Source: Sphyrna mokarran (taxonomy: Eukaryota). From it: a stretch of 64,000 nucleotides of DNA. The stretch covers positions 46,252,001 to 46,316,000 of the forward strand of contig JAGIQG010000014.1 in assembly GCA_024679065.1 (NCBI GenBank), given 5' to 3'. Below, piece after piece: positions 25,015-36,659 of the stretch; positions within the stretch are counted from its first letter, which is position 1, and each line of letters starts with the position of its first letter. Both the position numbers and the translations under genes were made by a program. Below the pieces are notes generated by a model. The model did not search any database and had not been told where the DNA came from. It worked only from the letters and a program-made list of their open reading frames with translations.

Positions 25015-25625
25015 ATTGGGGGTCAGTTAGTGAATGGATGAGTGGATGGGCAAGTGGTTGAATGGGTAAGGTTTCATAGCCACATAGGGTGGGTGAGTGG
25101 ATGGGTGGGCAGATTGGTATGCAGACAGTCAAGTGAAGATTTGGTTGGGTCAGAGGATGGTTGAGGAGGGTATTCTTATCCTGCTGGTTAGGTGAGGTAG
25201 TTGTGTCTGATCAGGGGTGGAGGAGTGTAGTCGCCTCAGGGTAGTAGTCTTGTCTCATTGAGTGGATGAAGTTGGGTTGGGGGGAGATGGTTGGGTGGAT
25301 AGCTGTTGGATCAGTTGGGGGTTAGACAAGTCTGGTTGGAGGGTTCAGGGAAATATTGAGAGTGGGGCAGCAGGGCTGGTTAGTCAGCTGGGGTAATCAA
25401 ATCTGGTGAGTGGCCAAATGGTTATGGGTCGTGAATATAGTTGGGTGATGTGCTGGTCAGAGAGGTGTCAGATCATGTCAGAGGTAGTCAGGAAATGGAG
25501 ATCTTGTTTGGGGTGGGTGGTCGGGGGTAGTCGGATCCGTTTGGAGGCTAATCAGATCAGATGGGAGACAGTCAGATGATCAGGAGCTAGTCAGGAGGTT
25601 AGGGGGTATCAGATGTGGAATCAGC
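25015..25625. repeat. G-rich strand-biased degenerate repeat
   Basis: Recurring ggtcag/gtagtc/gggtgg words with very few C on the + strand. Confidence 0.55.
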
Positions 25626-26164
25626 CAGGTTTTAATCTGTCTAACATTTCCTGAGTGCTTAACCATTAATAGTCATAAGTACGAAGCTATCCCAAGTCTC
25701 CAACTCCAGCTCAGGTCCAGAGACATTTGCAGAGGTTCCAGGCAGTGGGTGATATTGCTTTTAAAAATTACCAGACAATTCTATGGACATTGATCCGTAT
25801 TTCCACGGGATTCCAACATACATCTTTGTCGTATGCCCAATCTCCAATCATCAGAGACTGGAAACTTCAGACCAGGCTTGTCCAAACTTTTCACTCGGTT
25901 GGCTAATAAGCAAAATTTGGAAAAATAAGGTTTAGCAAAATAATAACCTCAATTTCAAAGAAAAGGTGAGGCTCTAAGAAATTGATGAGAAAAGTATAGC
26001 AATGTCCGAATAATAAATTATTAAGTTAAAAAAGAGTAAAGAATAAAAATGGCCAGTGTGAGAAGGTCAGTGGAAAATGGGTGGGTGAATGTGAGTGGGT
26101 GCTTGTAGATGTGTTGGTGTGTGGTGGTGTAAAAGTGTGTGAGAAACCTAAAGTGTAAGACAGA

Positions 26165-26400
26165 TTCACACTCACCCCTTAATTAGTCTCTCACACTTAC
26201 CTCAGTCTCTCGCACTCACCCCCTCACTCACTCAGTCTCTCACTGTCACCGTCTCATTCAGCCCCTCACTTAGTCAGTCACACTCACCCCCTCACTCAGA
26301 TTCTCTCATTTATCCCCTCACTTACTCAGTATCTCACACCCTCCCTCTCATTCAGTCTCTTGCACTTATCCCCTTATTGAGTTTCTCTCACTCACTCCCA
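26165..26400. repeat. Minisatellite, unit about tcactcagtctctcacactcacccc
   Basis: About 8 imperfect copies of ~25-30 bp. Confidence 0.75.
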
Positions 26401-26589
26401 AATACGCACACTGAGGATGAGATTTTATAGGTACATCATCCAGTTTGCGCAATGGTGACCCCCGCGCCAAGGGTTCTCCAGCAGTAAAGGGTATGAGCAA
26501 CGGGAAACTTCATTGACTGTGGTGAGATTGAAAGAGCCCACCACTGATGAATGGTGGGCCACCTCCACCATCACAAAACATGCCATGGA

Positions 26590-26935
26590 GGGTAAAAATC
26601 CCAAACCCCCCCACATATTCACCATGCACCATTATCTTCCCCAGGCATGCCAGAACCTCGCCTTCCCAATGCCCAAATCAACCACAATTTTCCAGGGCCT
26701 GACTGGACCTCACTCTCCCAGGACTTGCCAAAACCTTGCTCTCCCAAGTCCAAATCGACCTCAACCTTCTAGGGCTCAACTCGATAATGACTCGCCAGAG
26801 CCAGATTTGACCTTGACATTGCCAATCACTAATTAACCTCATCCTCCCAGAGCCCCACTTGACCTCCATTTTGCCTTGCTCGGACCCAATTCAACTTCAT
26901 CCTCCCTGGACTCCAGGCCAGATGCCTGGATCCCC
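26590..26935. repeat. Degenerate C-rich ~30-bp tandem array
   Basis: Recurring acctc..cctcccagg..cc words. Confidence 0.45.
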
Positions 26936-27612
26936 AGTCCTGCTATTGTTCCACTTCCCTCAGCCTAGCAGCTCTCAGCACACTCACCAATGCCAGTGTT
27001 CGCTGCCCCACTAATCAGAGGCTGTTCCTCTCTCTCATCTCACTGGCCTGCCTATCAGAAGCAAAAGCAGGAGAGAAACGGCCCATGATTCAAGGAGCAG
27101 CCCCAAGAAGAGTCTTCCATTGAAACTCGCCTCCTTGACCGGGATTTGAAAAGTTCTGCCATTGTTTGACCACAGTCAAAGGCAGTGCTTTGGATAAGAC
27201 TGATTTAGGCCATTGTCTGCTTTCAATAAAATATCTCTTAATTTGGAACCTCATTTTATCATGTCCTGGGAACACATATTTCTACAGTTTACCATGACTT
27301 GGCTCTCTCAACATTTTCTCCACACTGATGCTATTTTATCCTGACACAGAAAGGAGCCACATGAGGGAGCAGCTCATGTTTTAAAACTGAACCAAGTGGG
27401 TGAATGGAACAGAGCAAGTGTGAATGCATCCAGCAACGTGGTGATTCTGAACCAACGATCTGAGATATTGAGTTCAGACATGGACTGTATAAAATGTCAG
27501 TACACAGTTGGCACAGTTCATCTCCGATGGTCATGTATCGTGTGACTGGTGACACTCATGGATCTATTTTCTGTGAAGCGGCATTTCCTTCCAGTAGGAA
27601 GTCCGGTTAAGA

Positions 27613-27626
27613 CCACTAGGTGGCAG
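27613..27626 (+). promoter_or_regulatory. CTCF consensus site
   Basis: CCACTAGGTGGCAG matches the CTCF core consensus, in unique sequence. Confidence 0.55.
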
Positions 27627-28397
27627 AAATTCTATCTTTTGAAATCTATCCCTCAGCTTTAAATTGCATGTCTAGATTATAAAGTTATGCATCGTTTAAA
27701 TGGCAAATTATGGAGAAACCTTTATGGGAGCCAGTTTTTAATGGAACGATAGTTCCAGGTTCCTAAATCAGATCGCAATTAAATGAATGACAAAATGTTT
27801 GACAATTCATTAGAAGATTAAAACCGCAGGAGTTAATCAAAGTTAGTTTATGGACACATATACCATACTCAGAGGCTAATCTGCTCATGGTACTGTCTGA
27901 ATGTCTGCTATTTTTCCCCTTAAATTTTGAATTTTATTTCATTTTTATATTCCTGAAATAAAACACTATTGATTGGATTCTAACTTGGCTACCGGATAAT
28001 GTGTGTGTGGAAATTATTAAAATATTTTTCAGAAACAAATCGGGTAATATGAATATCAACTTGAAAAAGGCAGTACAATAGTATCATTATATATTTAGGC
28101 TATTCTAGAATGAATAGCTATTCCCCACCACAGCTGGGTTGGATTTCTGGAACAAAGGGCATGAAAATATCCATCTGAAAGTTAAGTCAAAGGTAAGTAT
28201 CGATATTTCAAGACTGACACATACAAATAGGGAACTTGGCAGAGCGATCGCATCAGGTAACTTGCTGCTTAGTTTTGCAACCTTTTTCCTGAGGGATAAT
28301 GTTAACCAAACTGCACGGTGGGGAACTAACAGAATGTGGTCGCCCAGTTGGAATTTAGATTCAGAGAGGCATTTAAACCAGCACTGCTCCGATCCTG

Positions 28398-28505
28398 CCG
28401 GTCTTGGCCAGGTGAGTTCGGTTAATGTTACGAAACCAAAAACATGAAATACCGGTCTTGACCAGGTAAGTTTGACTAATATTACGAAATCAAAAATATG
28501 AAATA
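28398..28505. repeat. 54-bp tandem duplication
   Basis: 28398-28451 vs 28452-28505, about 8 substitutions. Confidence 0.9.
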
Positions 28506-28745
28506 CTCAGCAAATTTGGAAGCTTCTTTGGACAGAAATCAGAGCTAACATTTCAGGTTAATGAGTTCTGATTAAAGGCAGCACGGCATTGGCCCCAGGC
28601 AGGATCTTCCTGTCCCACCAGTGTCTATGGTGATTTGCATGGCTCACCCAACCCACGGCCAGGAACCCTTTCCTGGTGCGGGGACCAGAAAATGGCATTT
28701 TATTTTGTTCCATATTGCATACACTGTAAACAGCTTTCTTCAATT

Positions 28746-29422
28746 AGAAGCTTGGAATCCTTACAGTGTGGAAGCAGGTCCTTCAGCCCATTCAGTGTGC
28801 ACTGATTTTCTGACAGAACATCCCACCCAAGCCCTATCCCCCTAACCCGATGCATTTACCCCACTAATCCGCCTAATTTACACCTCTTGGGGACAATTTG
28901 GCATGGCCAATTCATCTAACCTGCATATATTTGCACACAGATGTGCATATACAGGGCAGAATGGTGGCACAGTGGGGGTTAGCACTGCTGCCTCACAGCA
29001 GCAGGGACCTGAGTTCAATTCCCGGCTTGGGTCACAGTCTGTGTAGAGTTTGCACGTTCTCCTTGTGTCTGTGTGGCTTTCCTCCAGGCACTCCAGTACC
29101 CTCCCTCAGTCTAAAGATGTGTAGGTTAGATGGATTGGCCATGCTAAATTGTCTCCTAGTGTCAGTGATTAGCTAGGATAATGTGGGGTTATGGGGGTAG
29201 GGGGTGAGTGAGATTGTTGTCGGTGCAGGTTCAATGGGCTGAATGGCCTCTTTCTGCACTGTAGGGATTCTATGATTCTATATTTGGATTGTGGGAGGAA
29301 CATGGAGTACCCAGAGGAAGCCCACGTAGACGTGCAGAGAAAATGCAAACCCCAACAGATAGGATTGAACCTGGGTCCTGGCACTGTGAGGCAGCTGTGC
29401 TAAACACTGTATCTCTGTGCCA
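28746..29422 (-). mobile_element. HE1-like V-SINE interrupted by a second V-SINE
   Basis: Tail half 28746-28933 and head half 29279-29422 rejoin as ctaacctgcatatatttggattgtgggagg. Confidence 0.85.
28954..29280 (+). mobile_element. HE1-like V-SINE, tail type A (nested)
   Basis: Full head, core and tail ending gggattctatgattcta; tatatttg duplicated at 28926-28933 and 29279-29286. Confidence 0.9.
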
Positions 29423-29714
29423 CAATCTTTCTCCTGAGTCAGTAGCTTTTGGATTTATATCTTCCAACTGGTCTTGAACAAATAATTTAGTCCTATTTTG
29501 GAGCGATTCACATCCATCAGTTGGAACCTCAAATGTTTTGTTTACCTACCCAGGTGGATGTGGAAAGTTTTACTGCACTATATATCGAGCAGGTAGTTTT
29601 CATCACACTTCTAGGCAATATTCCTCCCTCAATCTGACTATCGGCCTTCTGTCCAATCGTTGTCTGTGTGCATGGTTCCTATTTTATTTATATAGAAAGT
29701 CACTAAATTCATTA

Positions 29715-29830
29715 CAAAAACAGAAAGTAATACGCCATTGGTCAGGCAGCATCTGTGGAGATAAAAACAAAGGTAATGGTTCAAGTCTTGAGCAGGTTAG
29801 TTCAGATTTCCAGCAACTGCAGTATTTACA
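29715..29830. mobile_element. PLE family-A terminal fragments in both orientations
   Basis: ggtcaggcagcatctgtggag (minus), then ttcagatttccagcaactgcagtattt (plus). Confidence 0.6.
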
Positions 29831-30212
29831 TTCGTGCTACTGCAATTCATTATTTGTGATGCACTTTCTGAGATTCTGAGAGTTGCAATAAGCTGTTGTA
29901 TTTACACTTGCTTTCAGCAGTCATTTTTTATTGCTTTGTCTCCATTACAATTTTGTCATTGTTGCTCACTGCAAAAAAAAATGGTTTTGAACAGACTTGA
30001 AATGATATTGGTTAAATTAGAAAATTGGCTTTATTGTTTCCTCCAAAACAATTTGGACCATGTGAATGGATGTGCATTGATATCTTGCCAATGTTTGTAA
30101 AGAGGAAACTTCACATCCTGTCACTATATCAATAAAAAAGCTTTTTGACTCCTTGCCAGAAAATGCATGGTCGTGTCTCTGGCTGAACTGAAGGGATTTT
30201 CAAGGAAGTTTA

Positions 30213-30340
30213 GAACTGGAATTTTACCACACCACCCACCACAGGAGTTGGAGTGGGCGAGGGACAGACAATGGAAAGGTCCATTGACTTTGGGCAGGAT
30301 TTTATGGTTTCAAGATGAGCAAGGCCGTAAAATCCTGTCC
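30213..30340. mobile_element. ~125-bp MITE-like element (copy 2)
   Basis: gaactggaattttacc ... ccgtaaaatcctgtcc inverted ends; colinear with 19226-19346. Confidence 0.55.
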
Positions 30341-30439
30341 TAGATGTTAAGAATTGTTGAAAGTTAGCTTGATATATTTACTCATGAAGAAAATATATTT
30401 CTAATTATTTTCCAATATATAGAGGACAGGTCACTAAAA

Positions 30440-30800
30440 CCATCAGCAACAACTTTATTTAGAAAGTAGTTTTAATGTAATAAGTAAAAAATCCCGGGTT
30501 GCTTCGCCGGAGCATTATAAAGCTAATTATAAAGCTAAAGCAACCTAAGGAGATATTAGGATGAACAATCAAAAGCAGTAGATTTTAAGGCATGCCTTAA
30601 AGTAGTAAACAAAGGTAGCCATGGAACATAAGGATCAGAATTTTTAAGTTGAAATATTGCTTAATCAGAAGCTGACAGAATGCACAGGACAAATAGAACT
30701 TGCTGTATGTGAGGACATAGGCAGCTGAGTTTTCAATGAGTCCAAATTTATGGAGTGGAGAGGATCGAAGTTGAACCAGGATTGCATTAGAAATTGGTGG
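30440..30800 (-). mobile_element. L2-clade LINE 3' fragment
   Basis: ORF 30597-31070(-) contains LHKFGLIENSAAYVLT and FNLKILILMF. Confidence 0.75.
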
Positions 30801-31440
30801 GAAGTGAGGGAGAGGGTTGGGGGGAGAGGGGCACAATCGTTTAGTGAAGCCCTGGCAGATTGCATGACATTCCAAGAGGCAAAATTGCATTTTGGAAGAG
30901 TAATAAAGTTGGAATATGATTCCATGCGCCCACCTCCCCCAACTTTCCAAATTTCTATCTATGGTGAAATTGAACAGTGTTCCACTCATATGATGACTGT
31001 CTATCTCAGCTGCCTGGAGGTGCACTTTGCATTCTGGCTGTGATGAAGATTCGATCGTGTCCAAAAACATTTTAAAAGTCAGCCTGAGGAGCAGGATTTG
31101 CCCACAGCTGAAATTAGATGGCTTATTGAAATTTTATGCAATCGATTTGTAAATGAAGCAATTCCTAGAGTCAGAATTCTGATTCAGAGTAAAGAGTGAC
31201 AATCCTAAATCGCACTACATACATTAGCAGCAGTGATTCTTTTTGCCAGCATATATTTGGATGAAGCTGGATTTAGCACATTTGTCAGCATCAGACTTCA
31301 ATATCAATCAATCCCGGATATCAACTGGAGATGAGGTGTATAGTTCCAAAACACTGCAGGTTTTGAGACTCATTAGGTCCCGTGACTACATAAAATAATA
31401 TTTTAATAACATAGCTTTAATAATTTTAAGTAATAACAGA

Positions 31441-31757
31441 GGGCAGCATGGTGGCACTGTGGTTAGCACCGCTGCTTCACAGCTCCAGCTTGAAAGACCA
31501 GGTTCAGTTTGCAGCTTCGGTCACTATCTGTGTGGAGTTTGCATATTGTCCTCATGCCTGCTTGGGTTTCCTCTCATACTCCAAAGATGTTAGATTGATT
31601 GGCCATGCTAAATTTCCCTTTAGTGTCCTGGGATGCAGATTAGCAGGATAAGTATGTGGGGTGAAAGGGATAGGGCCTGAGTGGCATTGTTGTAAGTACA
31701 GACTTCATGGGGCCGAATGGCCTCCCTCTGCACTGTCAGGTTTCTATGGTTTCTATA
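31441..31757 (+). mobile_element. HE1-like V-SINE, tail type A
   Basis: gggcagcatggtggcactgtggttagcacc...ggccgaatggcctccctctgcactgt..tttctatggtttcta. Confidence 0.9.
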
Positions 31758-32387
31758 ACTTTAACAGAATAGTTTTAAAACACAGCTTTTTCTTTGTGCA
31801 TGGTGTGTTGTATGTTAATCTTTAATTTGCAAGTTTAATAATTAAATACTTAATTATACTACATTGCTGTTTTATTATTGTTGGTGTTCGGAGTCACAAT
31901 GATCTTCAAGTGCTAAAGTGGAGTCATATTGGTAAGCATCTTGGGAAGCATTGATTTGAGAGAGTGATATGTGAGAAAAGACTGACTACACTAAAGAAAA
32001 AATGAAAGAAGATATAATACAAGCGTTTAAAACTTGAAAACTTTAGCACTAATTGAATCCAAGTAATCTTTTCTACCTGTGTAGGATTTAAATGGATGAT
32101 ATTAGCAAATTAAAGACAAAAAGAATGGAAAATGCAATGGGAATGTCTATTTTAATAAAAAGGTGACAAGTATGTGGAACAGATGGCTGGCATTGGTGGT
32201 GCAAAAATCAACCTTAATGGGTTTCAAGAAGGAACTAAACATAATCTTGTTAACAAATGCTGCTCTGTGTTACTAATTATGCACCAATGGAAAAAAAGAA
32301 AGGAAAGCTTACATTTATATAGTGTCTTTTACACATCAAACCTCCCAAAGTGTTTTTCAGCCAATTGATTCCTTTTTGAAGTGTAGT

Positions 32388-32652
32388 CATAGAGTCATTG
32401 AGGTTTACAGCATGGAAACAGGCCCTTAGCCCAACTTGTCCATGCTACCCTTTTTTTAAAAAACCCCTAAGCTAATCCCAATTGCCCACATTTAGCCGAT
32501 ACCTTTCTATATCCATTGTACCATTGTAACTATCTAAATGCTTTTTAAAATATAAAATTTTACTGGCCTCCAGCACCACCTCTGGCAACTTGTTCCAGAC
32601 ACTCACCCCTCTCTGTGTGAAAAAAATGCTCCTCTTGACACTTTCACCTTAA
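32388..32652 (-). mobile_element. CR1 (HER1-like) 3' end
   Basis: catagagtcattgaggtttacagcatggaaacaggccc, as at 770 and 59940. Confidence 0.9.
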
Positions 32653-32727
32653 GGCCACTGTCACTGATACAATATAGGAAAGGGGGCAGCCAATTTGTGC
32701 ACAATAAGTTGCCACAAACAACAGCAT

Positions 32728-33620
32728 GGAACGTGAGTGTCGCTGGCTAGGCAAGCTTTATTGCCCACCTCTACTTGCCCTTCAGAAGGTAGTGGTGAGC
32801 TGTCTTCCTGAACTACTGCAGTCCTCAAGGTTTAAGTACACCATAGGACTGTTTAGGAAGGAAATTCCAGGAATTTGACCCAGTGACAATGAAGGACAGC
32901 AATTATTTCCAATTCAGGATATTGAGTGACTTGAAGGGGAACCTCCAGGTAGTACTGTTCCCAGGTATTGGCTGTTCTTGTCCTAGATAGTAGTAGTCAG
33001 GGTTTGGAAGTTGCTGCCTAAGAAACTTTGCAGAGTTCCTGCAGTGTAACCTTTAGATGGTACATAGCTGCCACTATTCATAAGTAGTGGAAGGAGTGAA
33101 TGCTTGTGGAAAGTATAGCAATCAAGTAGGCTACGTTGTCCTAGATCTTGTTGAGTGTTGTTGGGGCTGCACTTACCCAGGACAGTATTCCATTACACTC
33201 CTGATTTGTGCCTTGTAGATGGTGGACAAGTTTTTTTTTGTTCTAATAGCTACAGTATTTAAATGCTTAGTGTAGTTCAGTTCCTTGCCAATGATAACTC
33301 CCAGGATATTGATATTGGGTAATTCAGTAATGATAATACCATTGAATGTCAAAGGGCGATGTTTAGATCCTCTCTTGTTGGCAATGATCATTGCCTGGTA
33401 CTTGTGTGGCACATATGTTACTTGTCAGCCCAAACCTGAGTGTGGTACAGGTCTTACCACATTGGACTTGGACTGCTTCAGTATCTGAGGTGAATGATAC
33501 GATGTGTGCAGTCTTCAGTGAACATGCCCACTTCTAACCTTATGATGGAAGGAAGGTTATTGTTGAAGCAACTGAAGGTGGTTAGGTTTAGGACACTATC
33601 GTGAGGGACGCCTACAGAGT
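32728..33620 (-). mobile_element. LINE family 2 (CR1/L2-group) 3' fragment
   Basis: ORF 33173-33412(-): PHKYQAMII..PLTFNG..INILGV..STIYKAQIRSVMEY. Confidence 0.85.
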
Positions 33621-33757
33621 TCCTGTAGAGTTGACACTGCATATATTTTAATGACATTTACTTTTCTTCTATGTACTCACAATGAACAATATGATGTTAA
33701 TTGGGAAATAAATATTGGCCAGGACATTGGGGAAAACTTCATCAAAATAGTGCATAT

Positions 33758-34224
33758 TTTAAGCTCATTTATGGAATGTGGAGGTTACTGTCTAAGACAA
33801 TGTTTAATGCCCATTGCTAATTACCCTTAAGAAGGTGGTGGTGAGCTACCTACTTCAACTGTTGAAGTCCACGTGGTGTACGTACACCCACAGTGCTGTT
33901 AGGAAGGGAGTTCCAGGATTTTGACCCAGTGACAGTGAAAGAAAGGCAATATAGTTCCAAGGTAGGATGATAAGTAAGGTGGAAGAGTTGAACTTTCAGT
34001 GATAATATTTTATATGCAGTACTTGTCTTTCTAGATGGTAGTGATTGTGGGTTAGGAAGATGCTGCCTAAGGAACCTTGGTGAGGTCCTACAGTGCATCA
34101 TGTGGGTGGTGTACACTGCTGCTACTTTGTGTCCATGATGGAGGACATGAATGTTTGTTGATTGATTGCCCATCAAGGAGGGTGCTTTGTCTTGGATGGT
34201 GTTGAGCTTCTCAAGTGCTGTTGG
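33758..34224 (-). mobile_element. LINE family 2 3' end
   Basis: ORF 33850-34251(-): PTALEKLNTIQDKA..SFTVTGSKSWNSLP. Confidence 0.85.
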
Positions 34225-34282
34225 ATCTTTTGTATTCACATGAGAGAGCAAACAAATCCAAAGACAGGATCCCTGACAGGGT

Positions 34283-34403
34283 AAATATTGAAAGGAGTTT
34301 CACAACACCAGATTAAAGTCCAACATGTTTACTTGTAGCAAACGCCACAAGCTTTTGGAACACGCAGTTCCTTCCAACGCCGGCATCTCCACGTCAAATA
34401 TTG
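34283..34403 (+). mobile_element. Mini PLE family-B terminus with 5' inversion and 8-bp TSD
   Basis: aaatattg at 34283-34290 and 34396-34403. Inverted segment, then the 3' tip ccaacgccggcatctccacgtc (compare 48389-48410). Confidence 0.8.
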
Positions 34404-34689
34404 GCCACGACACCATTCTTTGGATGGCACATTGCAATCTTTTGTATCACATGAGAAAGCAGACAGGGCTTTAGCTTAATACCTCATTTGAAAGACAACA
34501 TCAATGATACAGCACTCCCTCAGTACTACGTTGGAGTGTCAGCCTAGATTTTTATGGTCAGGTGCTTGATTGTGACTTGAATTCACATACTTCTGACTTA
34601 GAAGCAAGAGTACTATCAACTGAGCCATGCGGTGTATTGCAGTGAATTGGCGGGTGAAATGACACTATTTGCAGGTTATAGTTTCCATA

Positions 34690-34760
34690 ATGCAGCAGGA
34701 ATGGGCAACAAATGCTGGTCAGCTAGCGATGCCCATGTCCCATATTGAATTTAAAAAAAT
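34690..34760 (+). mobile_element. LINE family 2 3' tip
   Basis: ggaatgggcaacaaatgctggtc.agcgatgcccatgtccca..gaatttaaaaaaa. Confidence 0.7.
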
Positions 34761-34899
34761 GGAGAAATCCTAAACTAGATATGTTAGAAAGGCATGGAGT
34801 GAGGTGTAATTTTGCCATTTATTGTCTCTTCCAGAGAACCAAGTGGCTGTGACAAAAACAAAAACTGCTGGAAAGACTCAACAGCATCTGTAGAAAGTT

Positions 34900-35175
34900 A
34901 ATTTATTAGTATCGCAGGTAAGGCTTCCATTGACACTGCTATGAAATTATTGTGAAATTCCCCTAGTCGCCGCAGTCTGCCACCTGTTCGGGGTCAATGC
35001 ACCTAACCAGTAAGTCTTTCAGAATGTGGGGGAAAACCAGAGCACATGGAGGAAAGCCATACAGACACGGGGAAAATGTGCAGAATCCACACAGACAGTG
35101 ACCCAAACTGGGAATTGAACCTGGGTCCTTGACGCTGTGAAGAAACAGTGCTAACAACTGTACTAACTGTCACCC
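34900..35175 (-). mobile_element. HE1-like V-SINE, tail type B
   Basis: tttattagtatcgcaggtaaggctt..tgtgaaattcccctagtcgcc..V core..cagtgctaac. Confidence 0.88.
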
Positions 35176-35190
35176 CAGAGTTAACATCTT

Positions 35191-36221
35191 GAGCCTGATT
35201 TTATCATGTTGATCCTAAGTATTGAATCTGGGTTCAATTCAGATCCAACTTGGAAACCTATTCTCAAATGCACACGTAAGCTCTTAACCTGAAAAAAAAT
35301 TGCGAGTCTGAATCTTGCCACAGGCGGGGCTTATCACATCGAAATGCTGGAGCTCCAATTGGAACACTGAACTGCGCAAGTGCAGTGAAAAAGGTTTTGA
35401 AAATATGTGCCCCTGTCACATCGCTCCTGGGCCGCAAAATATGGATAAAGTGACCCAAGAGCAATGGCCTCCCACAGATATTGCCCCACCTCCAGAACAT
35501 AACTGTCCCCTTTGTCCAAACAACCCCTGCTGTCCAGACTGATTACAGCCCTCTGCCCCCCTTGCCTGCACTGATCGCACGCAGAGTGGCCACAGTCCCC
35601 CCATCCCCCTGTTCTCCATCCTCTCCCTCATCAAAGAACAATCTGGCCTCCTTCCCGTGCCCCCCCCCCCTCAACCCTACCTACCAGAAAGCAATCTGGC
35701 CTCCCTCCTCTCTTCCCCCAACAAAAAATGGTCTGGCCTCCCTCCCCAACCCTCCTCACCCACCTCACTAGAGACTGATTTGACTTATTCCTCTTCCTCC
35801 CCCCACCCCCAACCAGAGAATGCTCAGGCCTCCCTCCCCCCCCCCCCCCCCCCCCCACCAAGCCAGAGAACAATCGGGCTCCCCACCTCCCCTTCCACCC
35901 CATACTACCACCACCAATCTGAGTCAGACAGCTCTAACTTATCTCTTCAGAAGTTGGAGCGCCCAGAACCAACCTTTGCCAAGCATGTTTGTTTCATGCC
36001 CAATTTGGATGTACGATGCAATAGTAAAGGGGGAAATGCTGGTAAAGTTGGGCAGCATTTAAATTGCCATTGCGCACATTCCAGGCAGGGTTCGGATCAG
36101 GGCCTTGGTAAAGTGGGCATCTGCATGGACATGGCCGCAGATTGCGCTAATGGGCTCATACCTGACTTTACCAAGTTTTCATGCCCAAAAATAGGCACAA
36201 TGCAATAGTAAAGTCAGGTCC
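35191..36221. mobile_element. Non-autonomous TIR element (possibly Harbinger-like) with an internal C-rich tandem array
   Basis: Left end gagcctgattttatcat vs reverse complement of right end ggacctgactttactat; internal aatctggcctcc..cccc repeats at 35635-35900. Confidence 0.5.
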
Positions 36222-36239
36222 TTTAAGTCCATATGGCTC

Positions 36240-36480
36240 ATCTTCAGGGTTGAAGAGAGGCAGAAATATGATGGATTATACAGTGGGGTTCAGAGGGTGG
36301 ATAAGATGGAGCAGAATAAAAGTTCAGGGATAGATGGGAACTCAAGAGTGATTGACAAAGATGTAATTGACACAAGACAAAGATGTGTTAGTGGTAGTGT
36401 TAAAGACTAAAGAAGATGCTGATAAAGGTATGGCAGTGGACCAAAGGTCAGCACAAGCTACAGTTGTTGAGTTTGGCAGC
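36240..36480 (-). mobile_element. Probable PLE 3' UTR fragment
   Basis: Purine-rich tract resembling the reverse complement of the PLE UTR at ~17270-17410. Confidence 0.4.
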
Positions 36481-36659
36481 TTTAGATTGTGAACTTTTTT
36501 CCACTGTTTTAAGCCCCTTGTTAAAAACATCCCATACATGCATTGCCTCAATGCAAACTCCTCCCTCACCTTCCCACACCAAACCATCTGTATTTTTCAC
36601 TTAACGTTGTTATTTTTTGTTGCAATCTCTCACAGCTACGTTTTAATAACTAACATATT

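Larger units (their letters stand above)
32290..34630 (-). mobile_element. Deu-domain SINE broken up by several younger insertions
   Basis: Pieces at 32290-32388, 32655-32727, 33690-33756, 34224-34290 and 34396-34630 match the reverse complement of the 20922-21712 element. Confidence 0.7.

Noticed and set aside
26165-26400. CRISPR-like array (also considered at 22700-22910 and 35635-35900)
   Set aside because: These are degenerate tandem units without unique spacers, in a vertebrate context with no cas genes
35657-36208. Proline-rich 183-aa protein
   Set aside because: It derives from C-runs inside a TIR-bounded repeat
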